DNA of 62,840 bases, the filler included, from Collodictyon triciliatum (Eukaryota): NCBI GenBank assembly GCA_043381765.1. It is 9 parts of 9 records of this genome, joined end to end, with 100 filler letters (N's around TTAATTAATTAA, not from the genome) between each part and the next. Parts side by side here need not be neighbours in the genome. Positions count along the whole stretch, not along the records: positions 33,640 to 40,259 come from JBHJMP010004345.1; positions 40,360 to 49,409 come from JBHJMP010004347.1; positions 49,510 to 56,125 come from JBHJMP010004348.1; 6 more parts are not named here. One strand, written 5' to 3'. A program made the translations under genes and the position numbers. The notes beneath the pieces are model-generated. The model was given only the letters and a program-made list of their open reading frames with translations. It did not search any database and was not told the origin of the DNA. Shown here piece by piece: positions 40,031-54,395 of the stretch; within the stretch, counting starts at the first letter, position 1, and every line of letters begins with the position of its first letter.

Positions 40031-41479
40031 GCTTGGAGCGCTTCGGTGTTTTGGGTCGAAACTGCACAGCTCCGTATACTTCATGCACAAATATATTACC
40101 AAACCGGTTGCATTTGTGTTCAAGAAAAAAAAAAAAGAAGTATAAAGAAAAGAATATAAGAGGAAAAGAGGAAAAGAGGAAAAGAGGAAAAGAGGAAAAG
40201 AGGAAAAGAGGAAAAGAGGAAAAGAGGAAAAGAGGAAAAGAGGAAAAGAGGAAAAGAGGNNNNNNNNNNNNNNNNNNNNNNNNNNNNNNNNNNNNNNNNN
40301 NNNTTAATTAATTAANNNNNNNNNNNNNNNNNNNNNNNNNNNNNNNNNNNNNNNNNNNNCTTCGCTCGCACTAATCTCCCTTTTCCAGATTCGATAATCG
40401 AATATGTAATTATTTACTGAATCATCATTTTCAATCGCCTTAACTGGATATTTCAAAATCTATACTTCGGCCAATAGACATATTTTGCACAAAATACAAA
40501 TACCAGAAAAGGGGATTTCAAATCCAATGATTCCAATCATTTACTATTAGTAGAGGCGTTCGTTGCGGATGATGGAAACGCGTTTTGTTTGATTAACGCA
40601 TTGCCGAGGTGTTTTCTTGTTTTTTTTTTCATTTTTTGATTGATTTGTTCTGTTTTGATTTGAGTTGGCCTGATTATTCCCTTCAATCCCGCTTCGAAAC
40701 TGACAACCTTGCGCTTCGATCGGCAATGATCCCGGCAAACAAACAAAAAAGCAGCCGAAGAGGGTCAAGTGCCAAAAGCCGCTGCGATTTGCAGGCAGAG
40801 TTTGTCTAAGTGTCTTCTGGTTATATTTTTATTGCACGCAGCCTGATTAATTATATGTAGTTTGACAAAGAGTGAATTCATAGAGCCGCTCTGGCCTCTA
40901 ACAAAGGAAGTCTTTGATCAGTTGGCGTTGCTTGCTTTATTTCCTTCTTGTTACCTAGCTCTGTTCTTTTATTTTATTATCTTTTCCTTTCTATATTGCA
41001 TTATTGCTGGAGGTCAGAATCAAACCACACACGACAAACTTTTTCATCTTGCTTTTTTTTTCTTTTTCTTTTTCTTCTTCTCGTTCAACCAGCAAGCAGT
41101 TGCGGTTTATGTAGTGTGCATTATTTTACTCTTTGTCGAAACATAACCGTACTTTTCGACTCTAATTCTTCCCCAAATTCTTTACTTAGCAAAAGCTGTC
41201 TTCTATCGCTACCAAAAACACAATAACCCCTTTTTTTTATATTTTTTTTTAAAAATAAGATAAAAATAACGTAATATATATAATGCAAAGCTCATCGCAC
41301 AAAAACAACGAAATAATCTCCTAAATACACATCATGTTTCCCTTTTTCTTTTTCGTCTTTTTTTTTTTTGTTTTTCATTTATATTTTCTGATCTTTAGAA
41401 AAGGATTCGTTTCAGAGTGGCTTTTTCTATTGCAGGGACGATCCTTTCTCCTGTTTCCCGTCCACTCTAAACTCCGAAA

Positions 41480-44400
41480 ATCGGTAACAAAAACTCGAGT
41501 GGCAAGAATTCGGCGTCTTCGGACGCTGGGTCAAAAAGCCGAAACAAGAAAGAATCCTCCAAGCGGGTTGAAGCAAATCAGGTTTTTCTTGCCACCCTCA
41601 TAGTACCTCCCTTGCAATATGTCCTTTTTTCTTAATGGACAGGCTCAAAACCAACACTCAATCAACCGTATTAAAATTACAGTCATTCATCTAATAAACA
41701 AATGCTTTTTTTTTTTGGTCTGGGCCGTGAACACTTCCACCATAGATATAATACTATTTATCGTCTGATATCATTTGTTCACTTGCCTTGCTCCGGCCAC
41801 TCAACGCCTATTCTTTTTTATACCAGAAACATAGCCCGTGCGAATTGATATATGCAAAAGCCTCCTCCTTCTTTTTTTTATTTTATAATTAACAATTATA
41901 CTCTGCAGACAAATGCAGCCACCCTGCCAGCACCAGCACAGCCACAGAACATCAACGTATCGCAGCTGGTGACATCAGAAAACTCTGGGAATTCTTCTCC
42001 AAGGAATGGAACGCCAAAGTCCACAGGTTCAAATTCTGCAAAAGGAGATGACTTTTCGGCACGCCCGGATCCGGTTGGCTCTTCGCCGATCTCTGATGAT
42101 GGAACTCCGGTCAAGCTAGAGAAGCTTCCTGGATTCAAAGGTACTACAGTTACATCTGGTTCAAAATAGGATTCGACAAATGCCATTCACATGAAAGACA
42201 CACCTTCTTGAATTGCAGTTTTCTTTGGCATATATATGTAAATCATTCAAGAAGGAGCGATTTCAAATAGCTAAAATCTTCATTGTTGTCTGTATCCCTC
42301 GCTTCTAGAACTTTTACCTCACACTATATTCTATTTTAAAGATCAAAGATCAATTATCATAATTACTCTGTCTAATGATTGAATATAGATGTCCCTGTTT
42401 CTGAAAGGGTTCTGCTATTTCAAAAGAAGCTTCGTCAGTGCTGTATAATTTTCACATTTGTCGATCCATCTGAAGATTCCCAAAGTCGCGATGTTAAAAA
42501 ACAGACTCTGGTAGAATTGGTTGATTACTTGAACTCGTCAAAGTCCCCATTCCCGGAACCGGTTTATCCAGATATAATGAAGATGGTAAAACAGAGAAAA
42601 ATCAGTCATCTACTTAACATTAATTTATCATTTTTCTTTCTGTCCCCCTATGCCTCTATCTTTATACCTGGCCATATGTCATCGCATTATTTTTTTATAT
42701 CGTTGATGGTAAATGGACAGATATACTGACCAAGTTTTATGAAATGAATTCCTTTCCCGCTCTGTCTCCTTCTTCCTTAGTGTTGTTGTCCTTTTTCCTG
42801 AATGAATCAAATGATGTTTTTTTTTCCCATAGCACGACGGAATAATTCATATGGTATTTTGCTAATTTATTATTCGGTTTAGTTGTCCCTTAATATTTGT
42901 CGCGCTGTTCCACCCAAACGCCCGAAAGACCCTGAAGGATTCGACCCCGAAGATGATGACCCTGTCTTAGAGGCAACATGGCCTCACTTGCAGGTATGGT
43001 CTTCCTTATGAGTTGCTTGCTTATAGTTGCAGTTTGGTATTGGTGATTGTGTTTTATTAATTTTACCTTTTCTGTTTTATTTTACCTACCTTTCTTCTCC
43101 TTTTGTATTTTAGGTTGCATATGAGTTCCTCCTGAGATTCGTCGAGTCACCTCACACAGACGCCAATATAGCCAAAAAATACTTGGATAACTCTTTCATC
43201 CTCCATGTAAACTCCATCAATCCGATATCATACACTTATATTTTAAACTATATATCACACAGCAAACAATATGATTAAGTCTAATTCGTCAACACTTTGG
43301 AATATCACCAGCTTCTCGAGCTATTCAACAGTGATGACCCTAGGGAACGCGACTATCTTAAAACATCATTGCATCGCGTATATGGAAAGGTTTTTTTTTT
43401 AAATACTTATCCTGGTTTACATACACTCTGGTGCTTCTTTGAGTAGGAAACGTATCGTAGTTTTCAACACTAATATATTGGATTATACCTGCCGACTTCA
43501 TTATCTATTTTACCTGAGCTTATCGCTGCCATTCACCAATAGTTCCTTTCCCATCGGGCGTTTATTCGAAAAGCCATCAATAATGTTTTCTACAAGTTTA
43601 TATTTGAAGAGGATGCCCAGAATGGAATTGCAGAGCTACTAGAAATTCTTGGAAGGTAATGTGTCACAATTGCCATGATTTAAAGTCTTAAAAACACATT
43701 TATCTAAATCACAGTCTTAATCAGTACATAAACCCTGATTTAATGATACTGTCTACAACCAACAGTGCCCCCTTTGATTATCGCGTACAACTTTGTATGT
43801 TCCAAGAAATTTCGTTTCTTTTTATTTATTCTTCTTACACTTCAGTATAATCAACGGCTTCGCACTACCTCTCAAAGAGGAGCACAAACAATTCCTTGCA
43901 AAGGCTTTGATACCGCTCCATAAACCTCGCTCTGTCACCATGTACCACCAGCAACTCACTTACTGCATGACGCAGTTCCTAGAAAAGGATTCCAAGTTGT
44001 CTGATATGGTCAGAATCCATCTATTAATTTTTTTCTTATGCGCTATTTTGCCCGTTGTGCAGAGTCGTTAAAGTATTTTCCACTTATCAATTAAAACCTT
44101 ACCATTTTTTTATTTGATTAAAAATTGAAGATAATTGATGAGCAACCCCTTTTTTCATTCAGAATTCTTTTAACAACTTTTCTTTCTAAAAAGATTGTAA
44201 CCGGATTGCTCAAATTCTGGCCTGCCACGAATAGCCCCAAAGAGCTTCTCTTTCTCTCCGAATTGGAAGAGGTTATCTGTGTTTATTTTCTTGAAATACT
44301 CATAAAAAGCAACCATATGAGTATAATATGCCAAATCATAATTCTCTTTTGTTAGTTTCAATATCTGCTATGAATCAAGTTTATATTCCATTCCTAAGCT

Positions 44401-46333
44401 ATTCCGCATGATTTAGATATTGGAATTGACCGATTCAAAGGAGTTTGGGCATTTTATCGAGCCACTTTTCCGAAGGCTTTCGAAGTGCATCTCATCATCT
44501 AACTTCCAAGTTGCTGAGCGTGCATTGTTTTTGTGGAATAATGAATACATATCCAGCTTGATTCAGGAACATAGAAAGATAGTACTTCCCATCATATTTG
44601 GGTCATTGTTCAAGAACTCCAAATCTCACTGGAACACGTAAATTACTCAAATGTGTCGTTATCTGTTATATATTGGTTTTGTCTGAAGTGCATGTATTTT
44701 GTTCTAATTTTTTTTTTGGCAGGTCAATACACAACCTCACCTACAACGTGCTCAAAATGTTCAATGACATGGATGCAGTGTTATTCGACGAATGCTCTGC
44801 AACATACAAAGCTGAACAAGCCAAGTAAATCAAAAAAAAACCAAAAGAAATCCAAAGAAATCCAAAGAAATCCAAAGAAATCCAAAGAAATCCAAAGAAA
44901 TCCAAAGAAATCCAAAGAAATCCAAAGAAATCCAAAGAAATCCAAAGAAATCCATAGAAATCCATANNNNNNNNNNNNNNNNNNNNNNNNNNNNNNNNNN
45001 NNNNNNNNNNNNNNNNNNNNNNNNNNNNNNNNNNNNNNNNNNNNNNNNNNNNNNNNNNNNNNNNNNNNNNNNNNNNNNNNNNNNNNNNNNNNNNNNNNNN
45101 NNNNNNNNNNNNNNNNNNNNNNNNNNNNNNNNNNNNNNNNNNNNNNNNNNNNNNNNNNNNNNNNNNNNNNNNNNNNNNNNNNNNNNNNNNNNNNNNNNNN
45201 NNNNNNNNNNNNNNNNNNNNNNNNNNNNNNNNNNNNNNNNNNNNNNNNNNNNNNNNNNNNNNNNNNNNNNNNNNNNNNNNNNNNNNNNNNNNNNNNNNNN
45301 NNNNNNNNNNNNNNNNNNNNNNNNNNNNNNNNNNNNNNNNNNNNNNNNNNNNNNNNNNNNNNNNNNNNNNNNNNNNNNNNNNNNNNNNNNNNNNNNNNNN
45401 NNNNNNNNNNNNNNNNNNNNNNNNNNNNNNNNNNNNNNNNNNNNNNNNNNNNNNNNNNNNNNNNNNNNNNNNNNNNNNNNNNNNNNNNNNNNNNNNNNNN
45501 NNNNNNNNNNNNNNNNNNNNNNNNNAGAAAAAAAGAAAAAAAGAAAAAAAGAAAAAAAGAAAAAAAGAAAAAAAGAAAAAAAGAAAAAAAGAAAAAAAGA
45601 AAAAAAGAAAAAAAAGAAAAAATAGTGAGACAAATACCAATTGATTTTTCTCTTAAAAATAGATCAAACAAAGATATGACTGAAAAATAATAACCACGTT
45701 TCGCATTTAGGATTCGCACAACTGAAACGGCAAGGAAAAAGAACTGGCAACAACTCGAGGTCATCGCCAAGAAAAATGCTGCGCTCGGGGTGGTACCTAT
45801 CCTTAACGCAGAGACCCTTTCATTCAACGGAGCGGGCCCAGCGAGTACATTTTACAAAGAAAAAGCGAAAAAAAAAGGAAAAAAAAAGAAAAAAGAAAGC
45901 TATTTACCTTCTCCGCATATTGAGACCAAACATCCCCTCCCCAATTCCTTCTTTCTTGGTGGCACACGCACAATCACATATCCAAATTATTTTTAATACT
46001 TGCGCCGTCAACTCCAACTAGTTGCGCCTGATGCTGCTCAGGAAGTCCCTCAAAAGACAGAGGCAGAACTGGAGGCAGATGAAGACCTCGACCAGTTGCT
46101 GAAGAAGGTTTTTACTTGTCTTTTGTTTCTATTTTTATCCATATTTGAATGGAACCTCTGTGAAGTTATTGCACAGACATATATAAGCTTGAATAGTGGC
46201 TTAACATTATCTCATTCTCGAACAGCCTCAAGAATTCCCAGCACCAAAGGGCTCCATTCGACGCAAGTCCATGTTACCCCATGACTCTGCAGTTATGCAG
46301 GCTCTGTCACAACACCAAAGTCCCGACTCTTAA
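41480..46333 (+). CDS. PPP2R5: PP2A regulatory subunit B' (B56 family); start codon unresolved (candidate AUC at 41480)
   Basis: [109 protein letters not shown], and C-terminal [15 protein letters not shown] 46331-46333. One intron spans an N gap. Confidence 0.96.
44847..44965. repeat. (AAATCCAAAG)n array running into an N gap, intronic in B56
   Basis: Directly visible. Confidence 0.95.
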
Positions 46334-46745
46334 GAGCCAATCGTTGTTTTCCCTCCATTTCTCCAAGCGCTTCACTCTTAAAAAGGATAACCAGTCGATA
46401 AAAAGAAAAAAAGAAAAAAAAAAAGAAAAAGAAAGAGGAGGACAGACGAAAGTTTGTCTCACGCTTTTTGGGACCAACAAACACACAAAATCACAAACGA
46501 ACAGAATAATCAGACATCACCCTTCACCTTATTTCCTCAATCTTTTACTCCTCAAACAATATGAATGAAATCAATAAATAATTTACGTGTTTCTCAAATG
46601 CTATGCAAACTTGGCCCTTTTCTGCCTTATCCCTTCAGTTGCTTTTTTCAATACCTTTTTAACGCAAAATCAAATGACTATAAGCTGCCTCATATGGCCA
46701 TGAGGGTCAATTCAGTTCGGACAATCTTAAATCAGCCGTGCATAT

Positions 46746-47020
46746 ATATCATATCATATCATATCATATCATATCATATCATATCATATCATATCATATC
46801 ATATCATATCATATCATATCATATCATATCATATCATATCATATCATATCATATCATATCATATCANNNNNNNNNNNNNNNNNNNNNNNNNNNNNNNNNN
46901 NNNNNNNNNNNATATCATATCATATCATATCATATCATATCATATCATATCATATCATATCATATCATATCATATCATATCATATCATATCATATCATAT
47001 CATATCATATCATATCATAT
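46746..47020. repeat. (ATATC)n array spanning a short N gap, intergenic
   Basis: Same repeat on both sides of the gap. Confidence 0.95.
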
Positions 47021-47434
47021 CACATCAACAAAATTTGAAGCGAGAATGAACTAGCTTGCGACTTTCTTTTGCAGACACCACGCCCAAGGCGAAGGCCAAA
47101 AGAACGACGAACACATGTCCATATATAGCATGAGCGTTTTCCATCATCTCCTTCAACGGGCTCTACTCTGTTCTTGGGAACAAAACGGAATCAGGAAATT
47201 CAAAATCCCCACATGCAAGCACAAAGCGAAAGATGCCAACAGATTAAAACAAAATATCACGCAAGTAGTGGTCGAAAAATCGCTCAGAAGGCTACGCAAG
47301 GGTATGAGACCGAATAACCTTTTTTTTTCTTCTTTTTCTTCCAATTCTCTTATGTTCTCCCTCTTCTTTGTCAGCTAAGTTTTGAAAATAATACAAGAAT
47401 TTATATATACACACATGCCAAGACAGAAGATCGC

Positions 47435-49409
47435 ATGAGGCCTGGGATTCTCCCCGAAGTTTCTCTTTTTGCAGCCCAAGGGCCAGAAAACTCTGTCGAA
47501 TCAAAAGCAACGGGCAAGGAAAAACAAGATACGCCCTCCTATTTCCTACCACCGCATCATGCCCCTGGGAAAAGCAAAGGAAAAAATCCGGAAACCATGG
47601 AGCTCTCCTCAAAAAGATCAGTGCCACACACCGCTGAAAAAATGGCAGAGCAGTCAAGTTCTTATAAGGGGAAAAGTGAAAAGGAAAGACAGCTGCATAG
47701 GCGAAGCCAGAGACAAAGGTCAGCTGTAGATTCAAACTCTGAACAAGAGAGTGAGATTCAGTCTCAACACATGTCAGAAACAACCCAGTCATCTAGCAAA
47801 GTTTCTTATGCTACAGCAGTTTACAAGGATGGTCGTCTAGTAATGCAAACAAAAGATATACAACTTACCGAAATATCTGATGTTGACAGTGACGAAGGTG
47901 GAAAAACTGCAGATGTTGATATGTTGAAATCCTTTGAAGACTTTGGGATTAATCCTGAAGAATATAAAGCTGGTTATAGAACAACGGATGATATTGCTGG
48001 ATTGACAGTTTGCGAATCAAAATTAATGATGAATGGGTCCAACAAAAGTGAACTACAACTGTCAAACTTGAGGAGAATAATACAAAAAAATGCCAACATT
48101 TACTGGAAAAATGTAGAGATTGAACCATACACATTGAGGTTTGTGAGCCTTATGCGTTGAAGATACTGAAATACTCACATATCGAAGCAATTCGGTGTAT
48201 TTTTAAGCAATATTATTATTATTAATTTATCATCATCATTTTTCTTTGCCAATGTAAATATAAGCACATCGTAAAATACCATCTATCAGTAAAGATGACA
48301 TTAATCCGTTTGAAACTAGGTTTTCAGACGCAACGCTTGAGGAGAGATATAAACAATCAATCCCACCAAAAATGCATACTAGATTTAAATTCATCACCAC
48401 CTTATTACTGTTGATTGCTATTTTCTTTTTATCAACAACAAAACAACGGTAAGTAGTATTAGTCTCAAAAATTTACATCGTTATCCACATACAGATAATT
48501 CTATATGAAAAATTTTAATTAGAAATTAAAATAATACATTATTTACTAGTGGCCTTGATACTTCGGTCGTCATCGTTGTTCAGTTATTTTCTTTTCTTGC
48601 AGCTATTCTGATGACTTACAGGGATAATATGCAACAAAAGTATCTATTCAAATTCTTTCTTTGAACTCACATATTCAAAAAAATTATTTGATGGATGATC
48701 ATATGCATAGATTCTCACTGAAATATTAGCCAAGTATTAACCAAATATATATTCGCTAATTTTTTCTTTAGGTACTATTACTTTTTTTCAGAACTAGTCT
48801 TCATGGCCTCTTTAATGGAAACTATGAGATATATTGTGAAAGAGTCTATTAATGTTGGCCCGACTATTCATGGTTTAGGAATGATTTCGGTGTGTATTAA
48901 TTCCTACATCTACTCCTGTCTAACCTAGTGTATAAAGGTATGTGATAAGTGATAACGCACATTAGCTCTTATCACTATCCGTTTTTTTTCTTTTCAGATT
49001 GGTACAACTTTCGTTACAACTCTCTTTCGGTATCGAGTAAGAGATACTTTACTATTGTCGACAACTTACACGGTACTTTATATAATTGGAGTGGGTACTA
49101 TTCATGGAATAAGACTAGCGGCCATTCCTTGGATAGCTACAGCACTGGGGCTGTATACATCATACTTTCTCGAGTCGTCCGACAGAGAGTATTTCTTAAT
49201 CGACCTTTATAATACGAATGAGTTTTTGATTCCTCCTCATTATGCCGAAGCCACATTTTTTAAGTTCATATTGCGCATAATAAAATATTCAAAACAAATG
49301 TGATGTGTAATATTGAATTTATTGCCATGAAACTAAATGAATAGCTACGATATTTATAGGAAATTTATACACAACGAGAAATTTGAAACATGCCGGAAAA
49401 TATTGCAAT
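47435..49409 (+). CDS. Multi-pass membrane protein resembling the N-terminal TM module of transmembrane class III nucleotide cyclases; truncated before any catalytic domain
   Basis: Long hydrophilic first exon, then YTLRFSDATLEERY, several hydrophobic segments, and YFLESSDREYFL followed by a helical linker ..CRKILQ at the contig end. The same module also occurs on some protist PDEs, so the enzyme is not determined. Confidence 0.6.
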
Positions 49410-49838
49410 NNNNNNNNNNNNNNNNNNNNNNNNNNNNNNNNNNNNNNNNNNNNTTAATTAATTAANNNNNNNNNNNNNNNNNNNNNNNNNNNNNNNNNNN
49501 NNNNNNNNNAAAGAAAAGAAAAGAAAAGAAAAGAAAAGAAAAGAAAAGAAAAGAAAAGAAAAGAAAAGAAAAAGAAAAGAAAAGAAAAGAAAAGAAAAGA
49601 AAAGAAAAGAAAAGAAAAGAAAAAGAAAAGAAAAGAAAAGAAAAAGAGCAGTGTATGATGACTCTTGCAGCCTGCCTTTTCCGTCATTTTTTTAAAATTA
49701 TAGCACGTTTCCAGCAACTCACAAAAAAAATTTCTTTTTTTTTCCCTTGACACATGGGCTTAGAACAAAGCAACACCCAAGAGATTATATTTGAAGTCTT
49801 CAGTCTCTGCATTCACTTCAGCATAAAATCATCTCAAA

Positions 49839-52800
49839 ATGACCGTAATATCCCACACTCCTTTTTTTCTTTTTGTTTTCTCACCCAACCTTAATATACC
49901 TCTTCCTTTTTCTTCAAGCTGATCCTTGCAGTCTTATGTACGCTATTTAATCTAGTAAATGAGTTTTTCAGAGCTTGTTCTTTTTATTCTCACATATTTC
50001 TTTTCTCTTGGTATTAATATCCATATTTACGCATTATTTTTCCAATTAGAAACAACACTTGTGGACAGCTGACGCTAAGGTTCACGGGCGTGGAGCAGTC
50101 ATATTCAAGTGGCATCCCGACGGTCAGTTTGTCGCCACGGCCGGCCAGGTTTGCACCATTGCGTTTGACTACATTGAACTCGCCAGTAACGTTGAGTTGT
50201 AGTTATTTAAATCCGAAATAAAGAAAAATTCATTTATTGATTCAGAACAAAGTGGTCAATATCTATACTCGCAATGGAGAGATTGTTGAAAAGATCAGCC
50301 TGGAAAGCGGGTACTCATGAGCACTTATATTCATATATAGTATATGTCAACTTAATATGAGTTACTTATTGAAATTGAACGCGTGTATTTGCTTGTGAAT
50401 GACACCTTGATTTTATTTTCCTTGACACTGAAAGGTTTGAATTCTACTAAATTTAATCAAGGCCATGCATCGCTTTGGACTGGGACTCCGAAGGAGAAAA
50501 GCTTGCGATTATGCAGGTTGGAGAAACACATCATCAATCATCAAAATCCGCGACAAGATCGTCCTTTTCAAAAAAAAAAAAACTTCCCAATAATTTGTTT
50601 CATCATTGACATTTTCTAATATTCAACTTTATAATACCCAGGATCTATCGGGCATTGTGCAAATATGGGATTTGAATACGAAGCGAACAACCAATCTTGA
50701 TACCGGGCTTCGTGAGCTCAGCTTCCTCAAGTGGGCAAAAAATGGACCACAGGTTTTTGAGACTTAACTCTTTTTCTCTCCCTATTTTTTTTTGAAAAAA
50801 AATATCATGCTATTTTGTCCCCTTATTTAATAGACATTTATTTATTAAACTGTAGCTCGCTATCGGCACTGCTAAAGGAAATCTTGTCATCTACAATAAA
50901 AAGACCCAGCGCAAAGTCACCACGATGGGCAAACACACAAAACGAATCATCTCAGGCGCATGGAACATTGACGGAAAGCTCGCTTTGGGATCCGATGACC
51001 GCTTTGTATATCTTTCTTATCACCTTAGCGATTTACAGGAATCAACCATTTTACATAATGAAGCATTTATCATGGTCATATTTTATATCGCCATATTTGA
51101 CTCATCAGTAAACACTTATTCACTTAAATTCCTTTTCCTTCTTTTTTTTCTTATAATATTGTATTAGTTGTCCATCAATAATGTCGATGGTGATGGAGTT
51201 GACCAGACTTCCCTTAAATACGACCCAGTTGATATTCAGGTAGGTTGCTATGTTGTGTTCAATATATTTAGCAATATATTTTGCTTTTTAAAAAATAATG
51301 CGTTACCTTTTAAATAATTGTTATGTTTTCCTGTTGAATCCAACTCTTGTATTTCCTGATACCTAGAGAAAAGTAAATCCTGACACAAGCATTCATATAG
51401 TTTGCCGAGATGAAGACTCTTTCTCGTTCGTCAGGCTCAAAAGAATCAACGGTCACTGTCAACATGGGACGCAAAACCATCTTCCTTTACAACATGGAAG
51501 ACTCTGAAAATCCCGTAGAACTTGCATTCCAACCAAAGTATGGGAATATTGTCTCTTTTCGGTGGTTCGGTGAGGGCTACATAATGTTGGGGTTTTCTGC
51601 TGGCTATTTGGTTGTCATTTCGAGCTGTATCCTTTCAGAATATATTGATTTAAACATCACTTAAATTATCTTGATTATGCCTCATTTCAAAAGAAAAAAA
51701 AACAGACGAGTCAATCATATGGGATATATTTTAACCAAATCAAAATGAAGCAAATCCTCAGCGCCTGTAAGCAAACAAAGTTTATCTTAACTCTATCCAG
51801 TAATGAAAGAAATCGGACAAGAGTTGTTTTCTTATCAATTCCATAAGGAATCCCTGAATGATATTGCCATATGCAGTGCTTTGAGAAAAGCTGCAACCTG
51901 TGGTGATAAATGCGTTAAAATTATCGACCTCTCTGATTGGAAGGTTAGATTGAATCTTAATAAGTAAATAAATAATAACAATTCACATGTTTCTTCAAAC
52001 AGGAATTGCTCGATGGCGTTGCTGACTTTTTTTTTAAAATGTTTGTAGGATGTGAAAACTGAAACGATAACCATGGAGGAGGAAAATGGGATGTTTGATA
52101 AATTAGAATGGACCAAAGATGGTCAGATTTTGTCATTTTCCACAAAATCCGGCTGCTTCTACAATTACCTCACCAAGCTTCCCATCCTCAATAGTGCCTT
52201 TGGACGACGCGTTGTCAGTGAAGATGATTTTTTCTATATGTTAATCTACTCATGTTTTTCTATTTAATAATGAGAAATGCACTTAGCTTACATGTTATCT
52301 TTTACAAGAAACGCATCGTTAATAATAATATTCTGATTTTTCTTTTACCGCTTTCATTCCCATGATTCACCTATATGAATTAAGACAATTTAAAATACAC
52401 TGAATAAGGCTTTCCTGAGCTCTCTGCGAGAAGTCTCTATAGTCGATGTGGGGGCCGAAAAGGACGATAAAGTAAACATCCCGATTGCAACAGAGCCCTC
52501 GTTAATAGGATTGGGCCCTAATCATGTAAGATTCGCTCAAAACGTACTATTAAATGCGCTGTTGCAATATTATACTTTCATTCATCCTTTTATACTGTTT
52601 TCATTTTTAAAATTGGGAAAATAATTCGTTTCGTGTCTGATAATTGTTCAAAATTACCATCCTATTTTGAAAGGCCGGGTTCTGTGTCAATAACCGCGCT
52701 TGGTTTTACCGAGCCAGAAAAGGCTCTCAATCACACATCAACGAAAGAGAATATCTCGGCACCGTGGATGACATAAAATTAAACAAGACTTACGCCGCTG

Positions 52801-54324
52801 TCCTTGCAGGTGGTCGCGTTCAACTTCACTTGATTGAACAAGGAACCCAATTGGAAGGAAGTATGTATCAGCATAGATTTCATAGTGCTATATATATGAA
52901 ATAATATCTTTTCAATATTTTTTGAAAAAGAAAAATTCGAATCAAATTAACTTAGCCATTGCTTTTAAAATTTGAACATCTAGACATGAAAGAAGGCCAA
53001 TTATTCCCACTCAAAGAGAGCGATGTTAAAGTTACGTCATGCGCACTTTCGGAGGACTTTCTCATTTATGCGACCAACACGGGTGGAATCCATTACTTTC
53101 ATCTGCTCGATTGGGTCGTGGTGAATGAGTATAAACACAGCAACCCCATAAGGTGGGAAATACCACTTGGATCACTCACAAAAATGAAACCCGATTTCTC
53201 CTTCCACTCACATTCATACAGTACCAGACATCTGGTGCTTTATTTTTAGAATAAATTTTAAATGATATATACCGTTTCATTTATTACAGGAAAATATTCG
53301 CCAATCCGAATGGAACTCGCATTATTTTTATTGATTCCAAATTGGTTGGTTATCTTTACAATCCTGTGAATGACCAGATTATCGAGATTCCAAAATTTTC
53401 AGGTAACGACATCATGTTTCGTTGACAAAACTTTGAACGGAAGAAAACTGGAAAATTTTAAATATACATACCGTAAAATAGAAATAGTAGAAACGGAAAC
53501 ATTTTTATTTATATATTCTAATCTCTATAAGAAAAACACTAACGCATCACAACTTCAGCCAGTCCAAATAAAGTGTTGTGGGATTCTGCTGACTGGGGCG
53601 TCTTTGTTACTTGTGATAGCAACATTTTTACCACTTACATTTACAGTATCAACAATATCAAAGGCGCAACCATCAACTTAATCGATACCACGAAGGCACC
53701 CCCAAATCTAAATCCGGTCTTGGTTTACAACGGGCAAGTCACTTCTCAGGTGCGACTATAAAAATTTAATGTTTATTGATGTAAATACAACACGACACAT
53801 CATAACGCCATACAATATATGAAAATGAAGTATCAAAATCGCAATTGTCCCCGCCTTTCCCCTTCTCTTTCTTTGGCTGATTTGATAAGATAAATCACAT
53901 ACTATGTAAACATAGACATTAAATGGACTCATCACAATGACGATGCTGTCAACCCACGACGCTCTTGGTCCTCCGCGCACCTTACCAGCCGACCAACTAC
54001 GATTTTCGTTTAATCAGAACCTCCAGCTTCTCCGCTTCAAGGGTTTTTTTTTTAACTGTGTTTTGCCTCTTTGTCTTGTTATCGAAGTTAAAATTAGAAC
54101 TAAGAGCTTTAAATGATTTTAGAGTATTAAATGTATAATTAAAGGACTAGATAAGGAAGACTTAGCATTTTCTCTGAAACTTCTAGATGCATGGGACATA
54201 GCCTTAATTCTGAAGAATAGAGAAAACTGGGTTTTACTGGCACAGGCAGCCCTCAATCAACTTGATGTCCAACTTGCTCTCAGAATATGTATTCTTTTCC
54301 TCTTTTTCCTTTTCTCGCTTTCTC

Positions 54325-54395
<71 letters not shown>

